64,000 bases of DNA, from NCBI RefSeq assembly GCF_009914755.1, contig NC_060925.1; one strand, given 5' to 3'. The position numbers and the translations under genes are program-made. The notes beneath the pieces are model-generated. The model was not told the DNA's origin and made no database searches. It was given only the letters and a program-made list of their open reading frames with translations. Source of the DNA: the human T2T-CHM13v2.0 reference genome, Homo sapiens. This document shows positions 12,726-24,050 of the stretch, in pieces; the first letter of the stretch is position 1, and each line of letters opens with the position of its first letter.

Positions 12726-15165
12726 CTGGAACAGAGACACGGAGAGTCAGCGCCTCGGCCACCCCCAGCCGGCAACACCCACCCCTCCTGCACCCCCAGC
12801 CTTGGGTGTCAGCTCATCTGGAGTGAGGTCCAGACCCGTGGCCAGGCCTCCACGGCACAGTGCCCATGCCAGTGCCCCAGGCCAGCCGTGGGACCCAGGC
12901 TTGAGGGCACAGGAGCTCAGGGGAAAAGGCAAGATGACCGCAACATCCCCCACGCATGGCCCACAGCGTGGATCCTAGTGCCCTAAGACCTTGCGACACA
13001 GCCACCAACGACGCTGCCTCAACAGACAGGAACTGTGGCCTCAAGGCACAGTCACACCTCGTCCAGAATCCAGGACCAAGCGCGGGCCCATTCTGTCCTC
13101 TCCACCCCAGCCCTCCCCACCTCGCTTCAGAGATGTCCCCAGGCCTGATGTTGCTGGGGCACACGGCTGGGGTGAACCCGGGCCCATCCCCTGTGAAGTC
13201 AGCGGCTCCCCGGCATCCTATGACCCACACTGGTGAGTGTTTGCTCTTGGAGGAGGAGGTGAAAACCCCAGCCCCATCCCTGCCAAACTCCTTCAGGTCC
13301 CTCCAAGGCCTCTCCAGCCCAGAGGCTGCATAAACCAGGGGAGGGGGCATGCCAGGGACAGGCACCTTAAGCCAGCCATCCAGACCCCACCGGGCTCGGA
13401 GCAGGTGGAGAAAGGACTCAGGCCCTGCGGGGGGAAGGGTCAGAGGGAGGGACCCTCCAAAGACAGCCACACGGGCCAGCACCCCCAGAGCAGGGGCTCG
13501 CCCCTGGCCTGCCCTGACCGAGGGGTGAGGCGGGCTCCCTCCACAGAGGCAAATTCGGGGGGAGAGGACAAGGCTCCAGTGCTCGTGTCCCACTGCGTCA
13601 GGTGACGTCTGGGGGGCCTCAGAGGAAAGAAGAGGCTTGTCCTGCTCTCCCAGCTCTGGACTTGCTCCCCAGAACCAGGGCCAGGCACACCTGGTGCGGG
13701 CCGGTGTCTCCCCTCCAGCCTCAGGTGCAGCAAGCCTGGCAGATCCCACCAGAGCCCCTCCCACCTCCTGGGGGCAAGCAGGTGGCATGGGTTCCCCCAG
13801 CCTCCTCATCAGAGGTCCCCACCCCACCGGGAATATTGTCCAGGCTCGGTACCGCCCTCCGCCCAGGCCTTGCCAGGAGCTCCTAACCAGCAGCCGCCCC
13901 GTGGGCCGGACCCTGGCTCAGCACTCAGAGACTGCCCGCCCCGTCCAGCCACCCTGGCCCCAGGCCAGCCGCCCCCAGATGGAGGCTCTTGCAATGGAGG
14001 ACTTATTTTTCCTCTTTCCTGGGGCTCGTGCTGTGTGGGAAGCCCTGTGTCCCCTCTGACTTCAGCCCACCCCCTTGTGCTGAACAAATCCAGAAAGCAT
14101 AGACCCAACATAGCGATGGCAAAAACTGAGAGGGGCAAATGGCAGGGCCTCACCAGCCGGGACAGCAGGGGCTCCACCAGGCTGCTGTGGCACCCAGAGG
14201 AGGGACCCTGGCCTCCAGCTGCCCACCCACGACGGGGCAGACGAAGGCTGGGACCAGAGTCCAGCTCCAGGTCTCCAGTCAAGTCCGAGAGGGGCTGGGG
14301 CTGCTGCTGGACATGTCCTGCCCATGACCTCCTGCCGAGAGGTTCTGCCCACACTCTCCCGCAGTTTCCCAAACGTCCCATCCCAGGGCTGAGGCTTGCC
14401 CACCCGAGGTAGCGTTGATTCCTGGAGTCCAGGCCCAGGTGACTGCAGGGTGGGGCACAAGGCAGGGCACGAGGCAGGGCAGAGCTCCTCCTGGCCATAA
14501 GCAGGGTCCAGGTTCCCCACCAACTCCCAGACAGACCGGCAGCTGCAGCCGAGAAGCCTCCGCAGCAATGGGGACCCTCCAGCTAGGCGGGATCAGCTGC
14601 ACGAACCCAGGGCAGGTGGAAAGGCTCTGCCATTGCCTCTTCCTGCACCAGGAAGACAACTCTCACCTGGGTGGAGAGCGAGACTTCCAAAATCCCCGAC
14701 TATTTCTACCTGGGAGCTGGGGAAGAGGTGACTCGTTCAGGAGTGCCTCCTCCGTGCCCAGCACCAGGTCCTTTCCTGACATTACATCATCGAATCTCTC
14801 CCCTCCCAGGGAGGAAGTGACAGTGACCCCCTGATCTGCTCAAGATCACCAGCTAATGGTGATGACTAAGGGCCAGGTCTCTCCCACCTTCCCCCAGCAC
14901 TGTTGGGCCTCTGTGTCCTAAGGGCCACGGATCCCAGAGTGAGAATAGGGGAGGGGGCAGGACCAGAGGTTGGATCAGGGACAGAGGGTCACGTCTCCAG
15001 GGAGAGCCCTCCTCAGCCTCCCTGGGGCTGGGTCCTGACCTCATTCCTGACCCCCAGACTACAGCACCCATGGGGGATGGTCTCACAGCCCCCAGGGCCA
15101 CTGCCCCACCCCACCCTGCTGTGACCCAAGGCTGACCTCTGTGGATCACATCCTCCCAGCACCTG

Positions 15166-15878
15166 CACACACACAAACACACACCCTCACACTCACACTC
15201 TCAGTCACACACAAACTCACACTCAATCACACACATTCACAACCACTCATACACACACCCACACACAGTCACACACTCACAGTCACATACACCCTTACTC
15301 ATACTCAGTCACACACACCCACACACACAGTCACACACACTTTACATGGACTCGAACACAATCACACTAACAGAAGGCACTCACACATACTCTCACACCC
15401 ACACAATCACACAAACGCAATCACACACATTCACATTCATATGCATGCTTACACACTCAACATGCTCATACACTCACGCACGTTCACACACAATCACACT
15501 CACTACCATACCCACAATTACATACACACAACTCACAATCACTTTCACACTCAAAATCACACACCCTCATACACACATATGCTTACCTATACACACATAT
15601 ACACAATTACACACATACACACACAATCACACACATACACATTCACACTCACACACAATCACACATACTCTCATACACACTCTCATACACTCACATACAC
15701 ACACATACACTCATACAATGACACACACACAATCACATACATACTCATGCACACGCACACTTCTGTACTCTCACGCATGCAAGCTCACAAACACACTCGC
15801 ACACACATATGCACTCTCAAACTCCCATTCACACACACTCACAGATACACACACAGGCACACACACTCACTTACACAC
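15166..15878. repeat. Degenerate (CA)n/(CACACT)n low-complexity tract
   Basis: About 710 bp of CA-rich simple repeat. Confidence 0.95.
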
Positions 15879-16297
15879 TTTGCCTTCTGGCTGCCAGGTG
15901 GGTTTAGTCAATGGGAGGACCAGGAAGAGATGTGGAAGAGGCACTGGGGTGTGGCCCTCCTGTCAGGGGCGGAGGCCGTGCCCACTCTCTCCAGGTTCCA
16001 GGACCCGGCCCCCACCCAAGGGATGGCCTTGGCTCCACGGTGGCACCCCCGTGCTTCCTGCGCCCCTTCATGAAGATCCCTCCCCAACCCCTCCCGGGAC
16101 AGTGCCACCCTGTCCTCCTCCTACTGACAGATACTCTGTCCCCCTGAAACTTCAAAAATTCACACTTTCATGTAACAGTGTCAAATTTGGGATCAGAGAC
16201 AGGTGTTTTAAAGAACTAGCACATCTTGGAGGGCAGAACTCGTGATGAACGCACCCACCCCACCAACCATCGGGCTCTAGGGCTGCAAAGCGTCATG

Positions 16298-16500
16298 CAG
16301 TGGTTCTCAAAGTGGGGTCCCCCGGCCAGGACCAGCAGCCTCTCCTGGGAACCTGCAGAAATGCACACTCCTGGGCCCCACCCTGGACCACTGAATCCAG
16401 GACTCTGGGGGTGGGGCCCAGCATTCCTCGGGGTGGGAAGGATTGCGTGTGTTTGCCCAAGCCCACCAGGGGATGCTGGAGCACACTCAAGCTTGTAACC
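16298..16500 (+). mobile_element. MER5A (hAT-Charlie) relic
   Basis: CAGTGGTTCTCAAAGTG..TGGGAAC..AGAAATGCA..GGGCCCCACCC..CTGAATC..CTCTGGGGGTGGGGCCCAGCA. Confidence 0.85.
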
Positions 16501-16539
16501 CCAGGCCTAGCGGTTTGAAGCAAGGTCTCACCGCCAAGC

Positions 16540-16690
16540 AGCCTGGGTTTGAATCTCAGCTCCCCACGCCCCATCTTTAAGACGCGCAGGTTACTGAACC
16601 TCTGCCTCAGTTTCCTCACCTGTAAAATGAGGACTCACAGCAGTGACCTTGCCAGGTTTGCATGAGGGTTAGATGAGCCTGCACAGAAAA
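16540..16690 (+). mobile_element. MIR SINE
   Basis: CCTGGGTTTGAATCTCAGCTC..CTCTGCCTCAGTTTCCTCACCTGTAAAATG core. Confidence 0.8.
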
Positions 16691-19600
16691 GGGCTCCCGA
16701 CAGCCCTCAGGAGGTGTGAGCTAGTGTTACTGCAGATACTGGGACTGTTTATTCCGGAAAAAGTGTCACTTGTACCTGGAAAGTGGGCCATAGGAACTGC
16801 TACAGGCATTGAACGCTTTTGCCGTCCCTGTGCCTTGCAACGCACTTACCCACGGCGAGCCCTGGGCACAGGTGACCTTGAACTCCTTGCCACAAAAAAA
16901 CGGAAGCCGGGGGGAATAGGCCAATGATCCCTGAGCTTCTGGGCTACAGGGTCCAGCCCCTGACTCTGTGATGGCCCCTGTGCTGAGGGCAGCCACTGTG
17001 AAGGGACTCTGTCACCATCTCAGGATGGAGATGACACAGAGAGGGCAGAGCTGTGAGCTTGGGTTTTCAACAGACACCCCAGGCCTGGGGCCTGCTGTGC
17101 AGCCTGGAGTCACTGACCATCTCTGAGCCCTCAATTCAGCATCTGGAAAGCAGGCGTGATGACAGCTTGGGCCTCCGGGGCTTGGAGACATCAGGGACAC
17201 GGCCGGGGTTAGGGGTACTGAGGGGTTGGGTGCTCCCCTCAGAAGGGCCTTCTTGTCCTTCCCGGCCCTCCTCAAACCTCAGCAATCTCAGCTGCCACTA
17301 ACCAGCAAGACGACAATGCTGAAGGACTCACCGAGACCCCTTGCCAACCCCACCCTGGACCACCCAGCAGCCCTTCCCGCACACCACACCCGTCACTCTC
17401 CCGGCCCCTGCCCGCCTGGTGCGCCCTATGTCTCCCCAATAACTCCTCCCCCTCACGGCTCTCCCCAAGGCCAGAGGGCCCTTGCCCTGCCCAGCCAGGC
17501 TGTGGTCCCTGAAAGCAGCTCCTGGATGGCTCTTGCAGTGACCCCCAACAAAATTGATTGATCATCAATCAAGCCAGCCTTCAAGGAGGGGGTGAGTGTG
17601 GGAACGACTGTCTCCTCTGGGGACTTCAGCACTGCACACACGGCCACAGCACCGCACCCGCACGGCCCCGGCGGCCTTTCCACCTGTGAGGATGGAGAAG
17701 GTGGCAGGGGAAGGGCAGGCAGAAGAATGGACAAAAAGAAACCTCCCACTGCTGCACATGGGTCTGAGGAGAACCCAATAAAGCACCTGGTGACCTTTGA
17801 CAGGACCAGAGTCCCAGGCCTTTCTGTTCCTTGCGGCTGGATCCCGCCTCCCATCTGGGGGCGTGGAACAGGAATTCCCAAACTACAAAGTGGACCTGGT
17901 GCAGTCGGAGGCGGAATGCTCCCAGCTGGTGGGCCATCTGCTCCCGAGCAGAGCCGGGGCTCCACGGGCAAGAGATGGGCGGGCATGCTGCGGGGTCCCT
18001 CCAGGGCAGGCAGCGACAGTCTGGGCCCAGCGACGGCATCACCAGGTTGGGGAGGGCGGGGATCCAGAAAGCAGGCAGCCAGCCTGGCTCAGCTCCCCAG
18101 CCTGGCTGAATGCAGCCCCTGAACAAACCCCTGTGGGCGGCGGGGGTGAGGGGAGTTGGGGGGGCTCGCTCAGGACAGCGGCCCTGGAGGGCGGGGCTCG
18201 CTCAGGCCAACGGCCTCGCGCTTATTTTTAAAGGCTCGTTTTTACCCCCATGGTTCTCCTCTGCTTATGCTTCCCAGGGCCCCATGCAGCCAGCATGCGG
18301 GGAATCTCAAGGCCCTGGGGTTGGGGGAGCCCAGCTCCTGCCCTGGGGCCCCTCGGACTCTCAGGTACCTTCCTGTAGACAAGGAGACAATGAACAATGT
18401 CACTCAAAGCCCCAAAGGCAGCAGCTCACAGAAGTGAGAGCTCCTTCCCCTCCAGGTCACGTGCTGTGAAACTCATGGCCCTAAGGGGAGGCTGAGAACA
18501 GCTGCCTTCTACACCCTGGGGTCGGGGAGCAGGCCTGCTGACAACCTGCAGGCCTCAGGCTCACGAATGGGGCCCTTGGAGCCCATGGCCCCAGTGGATC
18601 CAAAGAGCTACTTGCAAGATTGGACTTGAGCTTGCAGGGCCCGACCCGCCCTGGAGGGAAGGCATCATATCATTAGCTGATTCCAGAACACTGGCCATTT
18701 TTGTAGCACAGCTGCCCAGAGGGGACTCCATCAGAGAGAACCTGAGCCCCGCGAAGCAGACACTCCTCTCTGTAGCCCAGCAGCACCTCTCAGGGTCTCC
18801 AAAATGTGGAGCTTCCAACCATGGCTGGTCCGAGCCCTGCGGGTCCATGCCTTAGCAGGTGGGCAATCGGCCCCCCTCTCCCAGACCCCGTTCCCAGATG
18901 CCCAGCCAGCAGCCTAGGCCTCCTGCATGAGGCCCCAGGAAGGAGGCCAGCCATCCTTCCTCATAGTGGAAATTCACTTTGGAGTGACCTGAATCAGCAG
19001 ATAGATCAGTTCTGCCCGCTCCAGGGATGGGGCAAAGCACCTGGATCTGCGAGTTGGAGGGCACACCCCTCGCTGCCTCCGACAGCGTCTCCTAGAGGCC
19101 CCGGCTTCTAGCATTAACAGGAGGTTGGCAGTAACGCTTCAACTCAGCAGCCAGTGGTTCAAGAACACTCAGCCAGCGGGGGTGCCGCTGCCCCATGCCA
19201 AGCCCTGCCTGCTCATCAGATTCCCAGGAGGAAAGGGTAATGGGGAGGACAGGATCAGCAGGGACTGAGCACTCTCTGGGATCTGGCCTGCTCCTCTGGG
19301 GTAAGGGAGCCAACAGCGCCCTTGCCCCACCCCCGTACCAGAGCCCACAGCTTCCTCCTCCTTTCTGCTCCACAGAGTGAGCCTCAGAACAGGCCCTGCA
19401 CTCCACAGCCCAGTGGGGACCTCTCCAGGGTCCAGCGCAGGGTCCCCGCACTCACTCAGCCCACCAACTCCGGCCCACTGCGGCCTGGCTGCACGTCCAG
19501 GCACGTGCCAGGTGCTTACAGGACAACAGGCCTGTGGAAGGCACGCCTGCCACCGTCACAGAACTCAGACTCTCGCTGGTGGACGATCTGTGAGCAGAGG

Positions 19601-20593
19601 CCTCCAGTGGATACGCCTGCAGCCAAGAAGATAAACCAGGGGCACAGGCCCCCAGCGCAGCCACCGCCACTTACTGCAGCCAGGGAGGCTCCCCAGGAGA
19701 AGAGCAGGATGTGAAGGACAGAGAAGGGAGAGGAGGGGAGGCTTGGAGAAAGGATGAGCAAAGAGAGCCAACTCTGCTGCAACCCATTTCCACCACTTCA
19801 AACAGCTTTGCCCCAGGGTCACGAAGGACCTCCCGAGCCCAGGTGCAGAGGCAGGACACAGGAAGCAGACCCTCCACTCCTCCCCTGGAGACCCCAGCAA
19901 GTCTGAGTCCGGCAGCGGGCCCAGGAAGGTCGCTGACGGTTTCCGCAGTGCACTGGTGGCAGAGGCCCCTCGCAAGAGCAGGGACATCCGAGCAGAGACA
20001 GCGGGACATCCACCTCCGCCAAGCAGCAGCCCACCCCTGGGACTCTGGGGAGCCTATGCCCCTGGAAGCCCCTGGCTGGTCCTGGGAGGAGGTGGCTGGC
20101 TGAGCAGCGAAGGCCACTGTTGTGTCCCTTCTGAGCCTGCAGCTCTCCTCGGACAAAGGCATTGGAATCACAGGAAAGAGGAATGTCCCGCCGTCATGTG
20201 GAGTCAGGACTAGGGCCGTTCACACTGCGGATGCCAAGGCCCCCAACCCAGGGACAGCATGGCTTTGAAAAGGCCTCCACTTTCTGGAGTAAAGCCAGAC
20301 CCAGGGTGGGGTCTTGGGAGCTTGGACCCCCTCCTCTTCACCAGCTCGACGTGGCAGCTTCTTCTGTCAGTCCCCAGCCAGCTGCAGCTTGGTCCTGCAC
20401 CGCCAGGTTTGTGGTGGGCCCTAGAGCACCAGGCCCTGCTGGGGAGTGCTGGACGGGAACAGCCTGAGGGCCCCTCTGTGGCCCCTGGACGGGGAGGCTG
20501 TCAGACAGGAGGCCTTCACCTGGACCTGGCCCTCGCCCACCCACCCCTGCCAGCAAGGCCAGGGAGTGCTGGGTGGGGGCGCCAGCGACTCCC

Positions 20594-20621
20594 CTCCTCC
20601 TCCTCCTCCTCCTCCTCCTCC
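20594..20621. repeat. (CCT)n microsatellite, about 9 units
   Basis: Direct read. Confidence 0.9.
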
Positions 20622-21149
20622 ACTGCCGCACCAGTTTTCCTTTGAGGCCAACACAAGGATTGATTTGCTGTTCATGAGAGACCGCTAAACGGCCCGTTGG
20701 GGAATCATCTTTCAAAATTAAATTCATCTCGGCTGGCTTCCTGCCCATTCTGGCACTCAGTTCCTTCTCCAACAGCCCAAAGCACACATGTTTACCACAC
20801 AGACCAACTCCATTCAGCTCCCCCATCTGGGCACTGCTCGCCCCTGCGAAGGCCCCCAGACCCCAGGAGACAGGCTTTGGAGGGAAGCGGGAACAGACGG
20901 CTTCCTCTCTGCCTTCTCCCAGCCGGGCTCTGGGGCCAGACCCTGCCCGGAAAGGGGCCCAGATTCCTCACCGCTTCCAAGTACAGTATCTGCCTGAGCC
21001 TGCAGGACCCACATCACGGAGCAAAAGAAGGGGAGAGTGGGAGGGGGGGAGGGGACACGGCGAGGGGCCCTGCCACAGAAGGGCCCCAGACTCGACCCTG
21101 GAGCCCTGTGTCTCAGCCACCTCCTCCCCAGTTAACGCAAACAGCCCAT

Positions 21150-22030
21150 TGTTCTGGAGCCCCAGGGACAAAGCCTCGGAGCTCGGTCCACCACGGGCCT
21201 CCAGAGGCCCCGGGGTCCCTGGACGACCGGCCGAGCCCTCCCAGCTCCTGCTACTCACATGCCGGGCTGCAGCGGGAGCAGGGGCCGCGGCGGAACGCTG
21301 GCGCCCACGGGCACGGCGGGGAGCAGCAGCAGCACCAACGCCAGGACCACCGCGCGCCCCGCTGCCCTCGCCTCTTCAAGGAACGACATCGTGCGCGCCG
21401 GTGCCTCCTCCGCTCTCCGGCTCACAGGCGGCCCCGGCGGCTCCCCGGAGCCTCCGCCTCCACGTGCGCCATAGGACGCAGCCACAGGTGCCCGCGCCCG
21501 GTCCGCGGAGCCCAAGGTCGCTGCAGGTGCGGAGCGTCCCGGCTTCCCGCCCGCGCCCAAAGTGGCACCGCGGAGACCTGATCGCCGGGTCCACCCTGCA
21601 GGAACTCGCCCCGGCGCGTTGAGCACAGTGCCCCGGACCCAGAGCCTGGAAAGCCGCCACGCCCCCGGCCCGCCCCCAGCCCGGACCCCAGTCCCGACCC
21701 GCCCTGGCTCGCCCGCCCCCTGCGCCCTCGGCCCCGCCCCTTCCCCCTCCCCATCTCCTACCCCACCAGCGCCCCGCCCCCGGCACGGCCCCTGTACTTG
21801 CCCGTATCCCTCACCCCAGCCCGGCTCCTGCTTCCAGCCCCGCCCCTAGCCCCTCCCCTCTCCGGTCCCGGCCCCGCCCACAGCCTTCCCGAGTCCCGCC
21901 CCAGACCCCGCGGGGCTGGCGCAGCCCCTTTGCGCTCCCTGCTCGTCTCATGCGGAAAGTCCAAGTCCTAACCGACTCCAGTGACCAATCCAGGAGGGGC
22001 CGGGCGCCAGGGGGCCACACCCCGCAAAGG
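21150..22030 (-). promoter_or_regulatory. MEGF6: MEGF6 CpG-island promoter and 5'UTR with GC boxes
   Basis: High CpG density and many CCCCGCCC GC boxes at 21660-21900, upstream of the MEGF6 ATG. Boundaries approximate. Confidence 0.8.
21259..21389 (-). CDS. MEGF6: MEGF6 coding exon 1 (signal peptide; MSFLEEARAAGRAVVLALVLLLLPAVPVGASVPPRPLLPLQPGM)
   Basis: ATG at 21389 in acgATG context; hydrophobic signal sequence; donor GGCAT|gtgagt; 131 nt; lies in a CpG island. Confidence 0.95.
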
Positions 22031-22391
22031 CAGCTCTCTGGGATCCCGGACCCCAGACCTCGATCTCAGGAGACAGCCCTCAGCCTCCCTCAATTCTCAA
22101 GTCCCACGGGGAAGCCAGCCTCGGCTTGTCCTGCCCGTGGACGCTCCGTCCACCTTCGCCCTGACACCTCACCCACTTCCCGCAGGGCAGGGGTCGGGGA
22201 AGGGCTTGAGGAGGGCGTGGCCAGCCTCTACAGCCCGCGTGCACCCTGGACACCCCTGCTTCGGGGACCTGCATTGTTGGTTCCCAACCACCTTCTGGGC
22301 ATCCCCGTTCCTCTTTCTGTGCTGCATGTTCTTGGACAGTGGCCTGGAGTGGGTGGGCGCGGGGTCCCAGCAGCCACAGACAGGAGGAGGC

Positions 22392-22482
22392 GCTAACTTC
22401 TAGGGTGCCCATGGGCACAGAGGCACTGTCTAGGGTGCTAACTTCTAGGGTGCCCATGGGCAGAGAGGCACTGTCTAGGGTG
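22392..22482. repeat. 45-bp tandem duplication x2
   Basis: gctaacttctagggtgcccatgggca.agaggcactgtctagggt at 22392 and 22437. Confidence 0.9.
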
Positions 22483-23931
22483 AGGCTTCTGCGAAGCAAG
22501 ATTCACTTGTCTCCTTTGAAACCTGGTTTTGGTTTGAAATTGACTCCAGGGGCCAGGACCAGGTAGTCTCAGGGATGGAGATGGAGTCTCTGGTGTCAGA
22601 GCTACCAGACACTCAGGAGAGTCTCTTTTTGAATAGCGGAGGGAGGTGCAACCTGGGTGAGACCGGATGGGGGCCAGGTGTGGCCCCCTCATTAGCCACA
22701 CAAAGAGCCAGCCATGCCGGTCCCTGCTAGAGAGGTGCGCTGACCATCAGCTCAGCCACTGAAGCCTGGCCAGGCCCTGTTCCTTGGAACCTTCCCCCTC
22801 CAAGGCTTCGTGTGGTTTGGGGGAGGAACTTCGCTAATAGGGAGCACTGGAGGGAGCCCTGGCTGGGAGGGGCTTGGGAAGGGAGCACCCCCTGACTGTC
22901 CCGATAGGAGGGACAACAGTACCCCCAACACACACAGGCTGTCTCTGCCTCCACACCACCTGGAGGCTACAGTCCTCTGGGGGTGGGTGGCCGTCTGGCC
23001 AGCCTTGCTGTCACCCCAGCTTTACAGAAGGGGAGACCTAGGTCACAGGAGGGGGAGCACCCCAAATCACCCAGCTTGTGAACTGCAGATCCGGGAACTG
23101 AACATAGGGGTCTGGCTCTGGGGACCTTCGCCTAACCCTGTAATCTGCTGCTTATAAACAACAACAACAACCATTGACAGGCACAAAATAGCCAGGAATC
23201 CCCAAGAGGTGAGCTAGTTCACTGTCTTCTAAAACCCCAGCTACCAGTTGGTGCCCCCGTTGCTGATGCTCCAAACACTGCCCTACTCTGTCCTACGGGG
23301 TTCTCAATTCTGCCTCTCACCCACCCCCACTGACCACCCTTCCCGGGATCTCGGCTGCAGGGGCTGCCCCAAGCCTGGGTTTGGGGGCTACTTTCCTCCT
23401 GGTCTCCCAAGAGCCTGCACCCAAGAAAACCTCCCCAGTGCCCCACTTCTGCGCTGGGCCCCTGTCCTCGGGTGGAGGTGCAAGCCCGTGAGTGTCTCCC
23501 CCACCCTGAGAGCTGTGGAATGGCTTCCCCATCTTTACATCTGATTCCTGCTCTTTGAGAGCTGGCTTGGCACCCATGGGTGGTCAGCAAGTGTGTGTCA
23601 AGTGAATGAATTAACACCTTGAAGAAGTTCACCTGCTTCTCTGCTGAATTCCAGCCGGCCCTGGGACGGGGGTGGAGGAGGATGACTCACTGTTTGAGAA
23701 CATTCTCCAGCTTATCAGAGGAAGAAGGAAAGAATGTGGATGGATCCTGTGGGTTCAAAAGGAGGTCTCTGGGCAGGGGAGGGTTCAGGTTTCAAGCAGC
23801 CTGAAACGTATAAAATGAGGGGCCCTCTGGAAGAAAAATCATATAAAAGTAAGTTATTTTACAAAAATACTCGGCCTCGTGTATGCATTTCTAGGGCCCT
23901 GAAACATGACCTCTGCTGGCCCCGCAGAACC

Positions 23932-24050
23932 CTGCCGCTGTGCTCTCCCCTGTCCCAGGCACTGCCGCTGTGCTCTCCCCTGTCCCAGGCACTGCCGCTG
24001 TGCTCTCCCCTGTCCCAGGCACTGCTGCTGTGCTCTCCTGTCCCAGGCAT
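23932..24050. repeat. Minisatellite, 30-bp unit x~4
   Basis: ctgccgctgtgctctcccctgtcccaggca repeated. Confidence 0.93.

Noticed and set aside
15141-16245. His/Thr-rich 310-aa and 299-aa ORFs
   Set aside because: Translation of a (CA)n low-complexity tract.
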